A stretch of DNA of 64,000 nt from Eledone cirrhosa (lineage: Eukaryota), in the NCBI GenBank assembly GCA_964016885.1, contig OZ024743.1:229958001-230022000 (forward strand). The letters run 5' to 3'. Below are positions 26,555 through 39,643 of this stretch, one piece after another (position 1 is the stretch's first letter; the number at the start of each line of letters is the position of its first letter). A program made the position numbers and the translations under genes. A model generated the notes under the pieces. It worked only from the letters and a program-made list of their open reading frames with translations. It ran no database searches and had not been told where the DNA came from.

Positions 26555-26697
26555 ATGCGTGCGCACACGTTTGTGCGTGCGTGTGTTTGTCATATATTAC
26601 AGCCGTAACACTGAAATATGACACTAACGAAATGGACCTCGTAAAAGCATTGAGTGTTTCGAACGGTGCGCCGCCTATAACTGTTGTTACACACCTA

Positions 26698-26733
<36 letters not shown>

Positions 26734-27019
26734 GTATGTGTATAAATATATATATACATATAGTTATATCTATGACGAGGTTTTGCTGTCTCTATCTCCC
26801 AGATTTTACTCACTAGCATTAGTGAACCCAAGGATTTAGAAGATGACATGTTGTTCATATTGTTCATATTGTTGGCATGTGAGTTGGGAACGAGCAGATA
26901 TCTTTTTATCAAAGGCATTCCTGTCGTGACTTTGTTTTTTTTTCTTCAAAGAGTGTATTTAGAAATATATAACTTATAAGTGCATCCAAGAGACTGTATT
27001 ACGTTATTTGAAACTGTTC

Positions 27020-27150
27020 AATTGGCAGAGTCGTTAGACCAACGAATAGAATACTTCGCAGTATTCGTTCCGGTTCTCTGTGATCTAAGTTTACACCAAA
27101 GTCAACTTTGCCTTTCAACCTTTCGAGGCTGATCAATGAAGTACTTGAGT
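27020..27150 (+). mobile_element. Older SINE related to family A
   Basis: AATTGGCAGAGTCGTTAGA head and CAACTTTGCCTTTCA core. Confidence 0.65.
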
Positions 27151-27522
27151 AGTACTAGTGTTGTTTCATCCTCGTGCTTTCACTGGAAGATATCACTTGG
27201 AATGGAATGAGCTTGCCGTTTGTCAGAATGATGTCCCTATTCTTCCAGCAGGAGTCTGATTTCAGTGATGACGAGGATGTGATTTCAGTGATATTTGGCA
27301 AATCAAGTAACTGCTTGAAAGTTATATCATTGAATCAATTACTGGTGGTTATATTTTAAAGAAATCTGAGTTGTTTCATAAATCTAAAACTAACGTGATT
27401 TTGTATCTATTGACATGTGATATTGGCATCTTTGTGCGAGTATGTTGATATCAGTTGCGATATGTATGTGACAACAACACAATAAATCAGTATATTAATA
27501 ATAATAATAATAATAATAATAA

Positions 27523-30425
27523 TGATTTCATTTATTAGCCACAAGGACCGACATGTAGGGGACAATACAAAGACAGGGAGCGTGGGGCTTTACAATAAGG
27601 TCGAATAAAAGTGCACAATAGCAAGACTAATTTAACAATGAAGATATAAAAAATATAAAATAGACTATGCATAAATATAACAAAATAAATTCTCCGATAG
27701 AGGGTGGACGACCCTGGGGTGACTCGGGTACCCCACCAATCCTGAACCACCCTGCGCTTCTAAGGCACCCAGGGAGAGCACCCCTCTCCTCAAGTTAGCT
27801 AGCCTATAGGCGCATGGTCAAAGTAGGCCCATTCACACGGGCCATTCTCTCCACATTCATCCACCTCTTAGCAGCACTTCTCTTTCCACCCTCACCTTCC
27901 TTTCGAGGTGAAACTTGAAAAAGTTGATGAGGGATTGGCCGATGAGAAAAGTGTCTGTCTTCAGTCCCTTTAATCTGATCCACCATATAACCTCTTTCGC
28001 AACTGCCACCAGACAGAGGAAAATTTCCAGCTCTAAGGAAGGCGGCGGGTCGATCTTCACTATGGACTCGGCCGATAGATGGATTCGCTCCACACGCGAC
28101 AGTAGCTGTTCGACATAACTCCACAAGTCAGTAATGCACGGACATTGGACAAATGCGTGCAGAACGGTTTCGTCGTTCTGTGCACATCTTGGGCAGGTCC
28201 ATCTGACAGCATTTCCATGCCTGTAGAGTTTATCTCGAACCGGCAGTGCCCCCCGGTAGCACTGCCAAGCGAGGGATTTCTTGAAATTATCCATCGTCCC
28301 CGGCTTGAAAGTCCTCTGGTACAGACTGGTCAGTTCGACTTCGTCGAGGCCCAAAGCTTCTCCGAGTGCATCATCGCACTTGCCCACCACTAATCCTCTA
28401 TAGAACTCGAGAGTGGAAGTTCCACTGATCGCATTGCCCACTTGGTAGAGGGCAGTGAGTGCCTGGCAACATTCCAGGTGCCAGTCACCCAGTCTCAGTC
28501 TCTTCTTGACCCAGGACTGCAACTCAGTCAAAGAAACGAGCTGCGGAAAGGCCCGTCTTATAAACGGCGACCACACCTTTTCACCGTTTAGGCAGAATAT
28601 CTGGAGATGTCGCGCATCATTAGCCACGGTATGCCCAGCCCTCCGCGTAGAGGGGCTGGCGGCAGATGGACCGCCTCACCAACAGAACTTGTCCTCTCCA
28701 CAAGAATTTGAAGAGGAGCCGTTCCAACTTGATGAGGCGCGGACAGGGGCAAGGCACGACGCTCAGGCGGTAGTAGATGACGGACACTATGTACGCATTC
28801 GCCAACTCCGCGCGACCTTTCAGTGATAGCTTCCTCCCAGCCCATTTTTGGGTGAGACTGGCTACTCTGCTCGTTACCTCGTCCCAATTCTTTTTCCACC
28901 TGGAGGTCTGGTCCGAACCAAACCCCGAGCAACTTTACCGGTCCGTCCGTCCAGCGCCCCACGACGCTGTCGGACGGCATGGGCTTGCCTCTCCAGGTTC
29001 CGAGCTGCAAGCCCACCGACTTTTCCGGGTTAAGTTTGGCCCCTGTCAACCTTTCATATTCCTTCAATAAGGTGCCGACCACCTCGATTTCTGAGGTCTT
29101 CGACACCATCACGGTGATGTCGTCCGCATAACCGACACAGCATTTCCACGCCCCGGTTCTAGCGGGCATCCCTGCAACAGCGCCAGCTTCCGCAGTAAAG
29201 GCTCGAGATTCAATACGTACAGAAGGGAAGAGAGAGGGCACCCTTGGCGGACCGATCGGGAGAGCCGAAATGGTTCCGAGAGGTGGCCATTAACCTTGAC
29301 CACCGAGCGTGCGCTGCTGTGCATTGCAGCGATCCAGCTTCTGAAGACAGGGCCGAAGCCAGCTGCTTTGAGGACAAATTCCAGATACCGATGGTCGATC
29401 ATATCAAATGATTTCGATTGATCTAAATTGATCAGTGCCCCCACCGAAGCCAGGTTTACACCCTACCCTCTCTAAGATGTATCGCATGAGGTGGAGATTG
29501 TCGTGTATGGACCTGGCTGGGATTGCGCAAGTTTGCGCCTGCCCAACCAAATCCTCGACGACAAGAGCCAATCTCTTTGCTAACACCTTGGCCAAAATCT
29601 TAAACTCTGTGTTGAGCAGAGTTATGGGCCTAAAGTTGTTTAATGTATCCCTCTTGTTCTCGTCTTTCCTTATCAGCGTCACCACTCCCCTGCTCACAGA
29701 ACTGGGAATACTCCCATTCTGCTGCCAGTTGCAGTAGAGTGCTTCGAGGAGATCGGAGAACAAGTCTGGCATATTTACGTAAAGCTCGTAGGGCAGGCCA
29801 TCCAAACCGGATGACGTGCGCCTCATGCAACCGACAACGGCTGAAGTAATCAGCGTCGACCGTCGAGATGCGCGGCAACCCGTCAAGGTAGGGACTGAAA
29901 TGCGCTACTCTCTCTGACTCGTCACTCTCCCCGAACAACCGAGCAAAGAGCTGGCGAAAGGCCTCACACATCCGCTTGGAATCGCTTATCTCGTATCCGT
30001 CTCGGTCCGCCAAAGACCGAATTGTGGTTTTATTACCACGCTGCGCCTCCACCACGCGGGCCCATCGAACAGCTCTGGTTCCCTTGTTTCTCAGTGCACG
30101 CGCCTTAGCTCTGACAATGCAACATTCGTGTTTCGCATTGAAGAAATGGTCTAATGCCATTCTCGCAGCTAGCACGTCAGTTACAATGCCACTACAAATA
30201 GCCTCGTCTAACTTATCTATCAGCTCCCCCTCCTTTCTATTTTCTATTACGCTAGCTCTTTGCTGAACTCTATCAAAGTTATTCTAATCACTCTTTTGAA
30301 AGCCCCCACCATCTGTTGTTGATGATCCCCCCTGTCAACTTTTGCTTAACTAAATTGTTGACTCGGTCTCTGTAAGCCTTACGTGCCGGAAATGACATGT
30401 TCAGCTTCCAGTAACCCGGTCCCAA
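27523..30425 (-). mobile_element. L1/Tx1-clade non-LTR retrotransposon, 5'-truncated, frameshifted ORF2
   Basis: GYWKLN end of the APE domain; GLDGLPYELY, FRPITLLNTEFKILAK, RQGCPLS, YADD; C-terminal CPRC..ETVLHAFVQC; AATAAA, then (TTA)n at 27497-27522. Confidence 0.95.
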
Positions 30426-31388
30426 CCTAAAGGGAAGAAGACTCACGTGGTGGATAGTGTATTACGGAATCGCGCCCGTAAGTTTTTGATTTTTAATATA
30501 TTTAAAACAATTGTGATATAACAATTCTTAGTACAAATGGGACATAAATGACCAGGTTTAGCTCTCAGGAAATGAGACCCATAATATCATGTTATATCGC
30601 TCAAATATTCAATTATGTATTATAAATTTTATATTCAAAAAAGAAAATGGTTATAAATGGAAGAAAACCCCTCTGTCTACACTATATAGAGCAGCCAAAT
30701 AACAGCAAATTCACCACCAAAACAACCTAGATACACCACCTATCCCATCACCCCTCTGTTTACACTAAATAAAACAGCCAGATAACGGCAATTTCACCAA
30801 TCCCAGCATAATAATAATAATTACTATTATTGTATCTCAAGTTTTCTCAAAATGTTTAATTAAAATATTAAGGTAATATGTCAACACATATTAAACGTAC
30901 GCGACAAACCACATAGTTATACAGATCAAACAAACGCATCCTACTACAGTCTATTCAACAGAACTCAGTAACGACAACGCCATCACTACAGTAACCGCCG
31001 CCTCCACACCATCATTGCTACCACTATCCCATCACCGCCGCCACCACTCCTTCATTGTCACCACCACTATTCCCCGACTACCTTCTGTTAACTTAAGAAA
31101 GGGGAAGGTGGCGGTATCAGTACACAAGGGAGAGGCTATCAAAAGATATAAATAGACTGACTTAGTGACCCGGTCAAACGTCAACGACTATGGCACTGCT
31201 GGCTCCCCCTTTCCCCACCAACAATAGAACAAGGCCCAGCACCACTACCGACATAGCCAACAACAACAACAGGCAACTTCAACAAAAAGTATATCATTAA
31301 TAATAATTTCATTCTTAAGCCATGCAATGCTCACATTAAGGAACCACTCATGATAATAACAATTTAAAAACAACAAAAAAAGAAAACC

Positions 31389-33645
31389 CCGTGACCAAGA
31401 AATACCGGGATGGCGGCCGATGGGTAATAGCCGTGTCTCTAGGGGAGGACGACCCCTCTAGTCATGGTTGACACTCGTCCTAGAAGTGGTAACACGAAAT
31501 TATTACCCCTTGGCGGTTAAGGATAAAACGCGACAAAATAAAGTAAATGTCAAATGATAAAATCTCATACCGGATCGGCCGTCACCCGGAGGAACCAGAG
31601 GAACCAGACTGGGGTCGAAAAATCAGCTAATGGTTCAAACCTTCCCATCACTTCGGAGCTGGAGACCTCCCATAACTGGAATACTCCTACTGTTGGCCCT
31701 CCATGCTCACCACCAAGAAATCCAAAGAAAAAGAGAGAAAAATGGTCAAGAGAAGACAATAAAGAAGTCCTTGAGGCTTTCTACACTGCCATGTACTACC
31801 CATCAAATAGATCGAATACAGAACAGACATATATCAACTGGAAAAAGAAACATCCCGAAAACAGAGGCTATATTGTCAGTAACAAACTAGCCAATATACG
31901 AAGAAATATTGTTAAAAAAAGTTACTAACTGATATAGAAATTTATCAGATCAAGCTATTAGCACAAAGTCAGCGAAGGGAAAATGAAACATGTGTCAGTG
32001 AAAACGAGGTAAATTGTAACACTTCGAATCCCAGGGTTGGGGCAGAATCACTGACAGCAGAACAAATTAAAGAAAGGATCGAAAAAGAGGAGGGAGTGCA
32101 TGCTCAAAATGAAACGCACAATGAAAACAATGAGATCATAAATGATATAGAAAAGAATGAGAATGAACTTGCCAATTTGAAGGATGAAATTATGATCGAA
32201 TGGATGAAAATGAAAGAATCTGGACATGGGGGAACGAGACACTCTCCCTAAGATCCAGAATTCCAAGCAGAACCAAAAGATAATACAAAAGACTAACATA
32301 ATTCTCAAAAACATTATCTTCACAAACAAACTAAACATTACTGATCTAAATCATCTCTATTATGCATCGGCTAAAGTCACCACTCACTTATGTGGAGTAA
32401 AAATGAAAAAACAAAGGAATTCCTACAAGAAATCTACTTGGCAAGAGAACATCAATCGCAAAATAAGCCTTCTTCGATCTGACATAGAAATTTTAACAAG
32501 CTACAAAGTAGGTGAACATGTTAAACAAACTAAACTTAGAAAATTGAAAAGAAAGTACAGTATAAAATCAACAAGCGACATAGACATGCTGATAGAAATA
32601 ATCGAGCAAAAAGTGTCGGCCAAAGCTGCTCGTATAAGGCGCTTTGAGAAACGATCTAGGTTCTATATGGACAATAATATGTTCAAAAACAACCAAGGAA
32701 ACTCTACAGAAAAATTGGGAAGTCAACAATAACTGCTAAATCATTACCACCCAAGGAGGAAGTGCAAGAATTCTGGGAAAAGATCTGGGCTGATGAAAAC
32801 TTCATAATATACATGCCCCATGGATAGACAGACAAATGAAAGATGCAGCTCACCTTGAGGAACACATATGGGAAAATATAACAGTTGAACAGTTGCGTTT
32901 GGCTCTTAGAAAAACCAGCAAATGGAAATCCTCAGGAAAAGACAAAATACCAAATTTTTGGATAAATGCATTCACAGAGTCTCATGAGCTGTTAGCCCAA
33001 CTTTACAATGAAATAGTTAAGGAGCCAGAAAAGATACCATCATGGCTAGTTAAAGGCATTACATTCCTACTTCCGAAGATTGATGAGACAAACAATCCCC
33101 AAAATTACAGACCGATAACTTGCTTGACCACAATGTATAACATTTTAACATCAGTCCTAACTGAATATACATATGACCACCTGATAACAAATGATCTATT
33201 TCCCAATGAGCAGAAAGGGTGTAAAGGAAGCTCATATGGTTGTAAAAGTCAGATTTTGGTTAACATAATGATACTGGAAGATAATAGATACAAATATCTA
33301 TCAATTGCTTGGATAGGTTATAAAAAAGCATTCGATAGTTTGACACACAGTTGGATTGAAAAATGTTTAGAGATTGTCAAAATATCTCCCGTTGTCAGGA
33401 GGTTCATGTCATTCAGTGTGAAGACAAGGAAAACGACACTCCTTTTGAATAGTGAAACAAAATCACTGGAAGCTGGAGAAGTTAATATTAATTGTGGAAT
33501 TTTTCAGGGTGACTCTTTATCACTCTTTTATTCTGCATCGCATTTATACCATTAAGTAAAATGCTCAATGAAACAAAACATGGATATAAAATCTATGACA
33601 AAACCATTAATCACTTGTTCTACATGGATGACATGATACTTTGCA
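31389..33645 (+). mobile_element. R4/Dong-clade (RLE) LINE copy 1, 3'-truncated just after YMDD
   Basis: WKSSGKD, NYRPITCL, EQKGC, KKAFDS, IFQGDSLS and NHLFYMDD (33621-33632); several frameshifts. Confidence 0.9.
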
Positions 33646-33649
33646 AAAA

Positions 33650-36600
33650 AGTCTCCAAGCGCTCCCTCTCGGTCTTCGATTGACCCAGGATTGCAGCTCC
33701 GTCAAGGAGATGAGCTGGGGAAAGACGCGTCTAGCAAACGGCGAGCACACCTGATCACCGTCGAGGAAGAGGTGGAGATGTCGTAGCCTGAGCGCGTGTC
33801 TGCACATCATCAGACACGGCATGCCAAGACCTCCACGTAGCGGGTGTTGACAGCAGATGGACCACCTGACCATCGGAGCGCGTCCCTTCCACAAAAAGTG
33901 AAAGAGCAAACGCTCCAGCGCAGTCAGGCGGGGCTTAGGACAATGTACGGCGGTCAGGCGGTAGTAGATGACGGACGCGATATACGCGTTAGCCACCTCT
34001 GCTTGACCTTTCAGAGATAGCTTCCTCTCCGCCCATTTCTGGGTGAGAGAAGCCACCCTGCTCGTCACCTCGTCCCAGTTTTTGTCCGTCTGGAGGTCCG
34101 GACCGTACCAGACCCCTAGTAATTTAACCGGTCCGTCCGTCCAGTGCCCGACGACGCTGTTGGACTGCATGGACCTTCCTCTCCAGGTGCCGAGCTGCAG
34201 GCCCACTGACTTTTCCTGGTTGATCATTGCTCTTGTTACCGCTTCGTATTCTCTTAGTGTATTGCCGATCGCCTCGATGTATTTGGCGTTCGACACCACT
34301 ACGGTGACATCCTCCGCATATGCTGACACGGATCTTCCGCATCCTAGTTTGCGCGGACTCCCTCAACGTTTCCAGTTTGTGCAGTAATGGATCGATATCA
34401 ATACGTACAAGAGGGACGAAAGGGGACATCCTTGGCGGACCCAGCGTATGATGTTGAACGGTTCCGAAAGGTGACCGTTCACTCTCACCACAGAGCAGAT
34501 GTCGCTGTGCATGACAGCGATCCAGCCTCTGAAGACGGGCCCAAAGCCAGCCGCCCTCAATACTGTCGCTAGGTAACGATGGTCGACCCTATCGAAAGCT
34601 TTCGACTGATCTAAATTGATCAAGGACCCACACGTGCCAGGTACCCTAGCTACCCTCTCTACGATGTATCGCAAGAGATGGAGGTTGACGCGGATGGATC
34701 TGTCGGGAATGGCGCATGTCTGCGCCTTTCCCACCAGACCACCAACGACAAGCGCCTACCTCTTTGCTAGCACCTTGACAAAATCTTGAACTCTGTGTTT
34801 AGCAGAGTTATGGGCCTGAAATTATCAATGTTATCCCCCTTGTTCGGATCCTTTCTCAGCAGCGCCACCGCTCCTCGGCTCACAGATTGGGAATTCTCTC
34901 GTTCTGTTGCCAGTTGCAGTAGACGTCCGCCAAGAGGCCTCCGAACAAGTCTGGCATCTGTACGTAAAGTTCATAGGGCAGAACATCCAAACCAGGCGAT
35001 TTACCCCTTGTGCAGCCAGTCATTGCCTCCTGTACTTCAGCGGCTGTTATCGGCTTTTCGCAACACTCCGCCTCAGTGGCCGAGAGCCGCGGCAGTCCGT
35101 CGAGGTAGACACTAAAGTCCATCCCTCGACCCGGCTCGTCGCTGCTCCCGAACAGCTAAGCGAAGTGTCGCTGAAAAGCTTCACACTTTTGCCCGAGATC
35201 GAGTATACGCCCGTCGTGACCCACCAAAGACCGGATTGTAGGTTTGTTGCCCTGACGCGCCTCCACCGATCGAGCCCATTGAACGGCTTTCGTTCCCTCG
35301 TGTCTGAGAGCACGCACCCAAGCTCTAACAACGCCTCCTTCGTGCTTTGCATTGAAGAATTGGTAAAGGGCCAATTTCGCCGCAAGTACGTCGGTTGCGA
35401 TGCCTTTGCTAAACGCCTCGTCTAATTTTCTAGCTAGTTCTCCCTCTGCTCTATTTTCCTATATAGCTAAAGCCTTACTAAACCTAATGGACTCTATTCT
35501 AATCGCTCTTTTCAGAGAAAACCACCACTTGTTGTTGACGATGGCCCCCTTCAACGCCCGCTTAACTAGTTTGTTAATCCGGTCTCTGTAGGCCTTGCGT
35601 GCTGGTAAGAACGCGTTAGCTTCCAGTAGCCGGGTCCTCGTCTATGAAGCCTATCTAAGTCAAGCACACATATCACGAATTTGTGGTCCGTGTAGCTGAC
35701 TATCTTGAATTGTGGACAGCCTATGCTAGACCTATCTATTTCCCTACGAAATACTCTACCTAGATATGATCTGGATGAGCCGATGCGGTTTGTCCAAGTC
35801 CACATTGGCACATTCGGGAAATCCAATCGGTACCTGTCAGACAGTTCAAAACGCTTGAGCAGGTTGGTGAGGCTCTTGCACTCTCCTCCCCTATCCGCTA
35901 ATCCCACTTAGCCCTAGCGTGCATCTAAGATCCCGTTCCAGTCGCCCACTAACACTAAAGAGCGGGACGTTCCAAGAAAGGTCTCCAGACGCCGGAAGAA
36001 ATAGGCCACCCTGCTCCTGTCGAGGCATATACGGCCACTAGCCTGAAAGCTTGCCCGTCTCGGCTGGTCACGTCCAGCACCACCAACTTGCCTTCTGGGT
36101 CCAGGAAGATGGCCCGTATGGCGAGATCCAAACCTCTCCGAAAAAGCACAGCAACTCCTAGCCCCGATCCAGGACGGCTGGCATATGCGTACACATCGTA
36201 GCCGCCGGAGATCGGTGTGAAGGCCCGTGCTTCGGAGATTCTGGTCTCGCTGATGGCCACTACATCTATGTTTAGTGACCTGAGGTCGTTGAGCAGGTGG
36301 CCCTGCTTCCATGCTGACCCCAAGCCACGCGCATTTATGCTGCCTATTCTGAGTGAGGTCATGTGAAATGGAGTGGAAAATATGGGAAAGACCATTTACC
36401 TTACTTCTCGTAGAAGAAGGATGGTTTCTCCATCCTTTTCATTGCTTGTGGCCTACTCCGGAAGGATGTCCTTATAAATCCTCCTGGAGAGTGCTTGTCG
36501 GAAGTCTCCGATGTCTTTGGGGAATCTTTGTTTTAGTGTCGTGTACTTTTTCTGTGTGATGCGAGTAATTTGTATGTGTGGAGGTGGTGTGAACTTTTGG

Positions 36601-38094
36601 GGTGTTGTGTAGTCTATTTCTGTGATTAGTTGTGTTGGATGTAGTGTAATAATTGGTTGTTGTTCAAATTTAATGCTGTGTAGTGTGTATCGTTTTGGTT
36701 GTTATGTTTTGTTTCCGTTTGTTGTGGGTTTGTTTCTGTTTCGCTTTTTGGTGGATTTTGTAGTGTTGGTGATAGTGGTGTTGAGGTTAATGATGGTGAT
36801 GGTGTTGGTGTTTGTGGTGATGGAGTTGGTGATGCTGATGTGGATGGTGGCATAGCTGTCCTAACTTTTTTGTTTGATAGTTTATTTGTTTCCTTCTGTA
36901 TTTTGTTTTTGGAGTGGGAAGGAAGAGGATTTTTTCTTTTTTTGCTTCTTTTTCTTTTTTCCGTTTTTCCTGATACCGTTTCCCACTCCTCGTCGTCACA
37001 ATCTGGCTCCAGTTGCGATAGGTCGGGGAGTGGAAAATCCTCCACATGCGTTGGTTTTGGTACTAGTTCTGGCGCGTTGGGTGGTGGTGGTGTTGGTTTT
37101 GTTACTGTTGCTGAGGTTGTTGCTGTTACAGTTGTTTCTATTGTTGCTGCTACAGTTGTTGCTGCCATTTCTGCTGCTGGTGGTGTTGATGGTTGAGTCA
37201 CTGGGGTGGGTAAGAGAGGTGGCCTCAACCTTTTAGCCCTCGACGATTACAGTGAGGTGGCTGCCGTCAGTGAGGTCTATTACCTCTGGGATCTCCTCAA
37301 TGCTTTTTGGTCCGCTTGGATCAGGAGCTCCATCCCAGATCCGGACCAGTTCTCCTGCTTTTCTTTCGCTATTTCGATTATGTTGGTGTTGGCCTCGATG
37401 CCGGCGAGGATGTCAGCCATTAGCCAGGGAATTTCGATGGTCGGCGGAACGTGGGTCACCCTGATATTCACGAGTCTCTGGCCACAATAGCTTGGGACGA
37501 ATGTGAAGTCGTCACTTCTTAATGGGGACATGGAGTGGTCTCTGGCCTCCTGTGGTGTTCCAAAGAACACGTCCACGGTTCCATATTTCTGCTCACGTCT
37601 GGTGTGGGTTTTTTTCGTCCACACATGTCCCAAGGCTTTTTTGATTTGGGACTCGGATGCCCGCTCCACTCGGCGCGATTTTATGTTAATCGTCCGATAA
37701 GACACGGTGCATAGGCGCCGATGCTCCACAATATTAGGTGGGGGGGGGGGGGCTGACCCTGTACCCATCTTTCTTTACCATTCTCTTGGCTTCATCTAAT
37801 TCCTCCTGAGTAACCTGGATTGCTTCCCACTTTTTGGCTGCTTTGGCCGAAGGCACGGTGGTTTTGTTGTTATTCTCATTGTTGTTGCTGTTGATGTTAT
37901 CGTTATTTTTGTTATTGTTATTTTTAGTTCCAGTTGTGGTGGTGGTGCCGTCAGTGGTGTTCGGTGTGGAAGCAAATTGTGTGACCTTATAAACAGTTAA
38001 CAACAAACATTTTCCATAAATGGCAATTTTAAACAAACGAAAACAACAAACCTTTGCGGACTTCACGATAATACGATTTCCTACGTTGGTCGCC
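33650..38094 (-). mobile_element. L1/Tx1-clade element with ORF1 and APE-RT ORF2, 3'-truncated, degenerate
   Basis: ORF2 starts at 36362: MTSLRIGSINARGL, VAISET, LVGDWN, TDHK, GYWKL, KSPGLD, DQSKAFDRVDH, RQGCPLS, YAED. The ORF1-like region ~36440-37980 is frameshifted at the G-run near 37745. The 5' end abuts (AAT)n. Confidence 0.95.
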
Positions 38095-39460
38095 AATAAT
38101 AATAATAATAATAATAATGATAATAATAATAATAATAATCATAATAATATTACCACTACCACAAAATCACCATCACCAAAAAAATCTAGCCAAATACAGA
38201 AAGGCACCATCCCTATGGTACTGCTGCCCCATCGCACCGTCGCCGCTGCATCATCGCTACCGCCACTATTCCCTCACTACTTAAGAGAGGGGTGGTGATG
38301 CCGTTACACATGAAAAGAAGCGATGAAGGTATCAAAAGATATAAATAGACTGGGTTAGTGACTCGGTCAAACAGCTAACAACAATAACAACAATACCAAA
38401 ATAATTATGTTGTTATATCTCTAAACTCTCTCAAAATGTTTAGTTTAAACGATGTCAAATCTAAACTATAATATAATAATAATAAGTGCTTCTGCTTTTG
38501 GCACGGGGCCCGCAATTGTCCCGGTGTGTTGCAGGTACTTTGTGGTGTTATAAAAAAATTATAGTCGAAAAATTATAGAACACAACACCAGACAGAGGCA
38601 AACGCAACAACAGACACGGCTTTCAAAAGTTTTGAACACAACAACCCCTACTTCCCTTAGCAGCAGCAGCAACACCAACACTAGTAACCGATGTTACTGG
38701 CCTTGTAAAACGAAAAACGCAAAGGAAAAAAACAAACAAAAAAAGGGAGAGAGAAAAAGGAAAGAAAGGCTAAGTCAGACATTCAAACATTACAAAGAAA
38801 CTTGTGCTTGTTTTTTTTTGTTTTTTTTTTTTGGTTTTTATCTATTTGTCTGTTTGTTTATTTATGTTCGTCTACAGCGTGACGGTGCCACGCTAAAATC
38901 ACTGGGGGTGAAGAAATCACCGGTAGTTATGTAAACATACATTCAGCAATCCTCAACGTGAGTGCTTAAATGTCGAACCTAAACAGTTCGAATAACGGTG
39001 CAGTGGAGATTGGAATGTCATGTGACAGACACTCACCCAGCAGGTGCTCCCTGGCCCAGCAGCAGGGACCTGGCTGTCATCCAAATACTGCTGGTGTTGG
39101 AGGAAGAAGAAGAAGAAAAGGGACCAGAACCAACTGGACGAAAGAAATGAATAGAGCTGTTATGCAATGTTACCTGAAGAGTAACCCCAAGGAAAAAGGC
39201 TATAGGAAACGGATGCATAACATCTGGAACGAGATTGGTCTATTTAAATTAGATGAACAAAAATTGGCCGGGCAGGCTCGGGTAAAAAAAAATAATGGGT
39301 GGATAAGCGAGCTGGAACTGGAGGAACTGAGCAGAGAGATTAGGTTGGAAATGGAGAGTGGAGTATGCCAGGCAAACAAGCCAGTGAGAAATGAAGGTGA
39401 AGAGGTTGAGAGAACGGAGGAACCATCCGAGGCAGACAATGATCTGAATGCTGAAATAAA

Positions 39461-39643
39461 TAATTGTTTCTACTTTAGGCACAAGGCAAGCAAATACCCA
39501 GTGCATTACTGGTACTTTATTTTATCGACCCCGTAAGGATGAAAGGCATAGTCAACCTCGGCGGGATTTGAACTCAGATCGTAATACATGGCGGAATACA
39601 TGGCGTCCGACCCTCTACCGATACTGCCAATCCACCGCCCTTG
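39461..39643 (-). mobile_element. SINE family A inserted in the R4/Dong ORF
   Basis: 16-bp TSD TGAATGCTGAAATAAA at 39445-39460 and 39644-39659. Confidence 0.95.

Noticed and set aside
31389-31530. HDV-like ribozyme in the R4/Dong 5' UTRs (also ~38875-38935)
   Set aside because: Hairpins are present but I could not assemble the nested double pseudoknot by eye; a descriptor search is needed.
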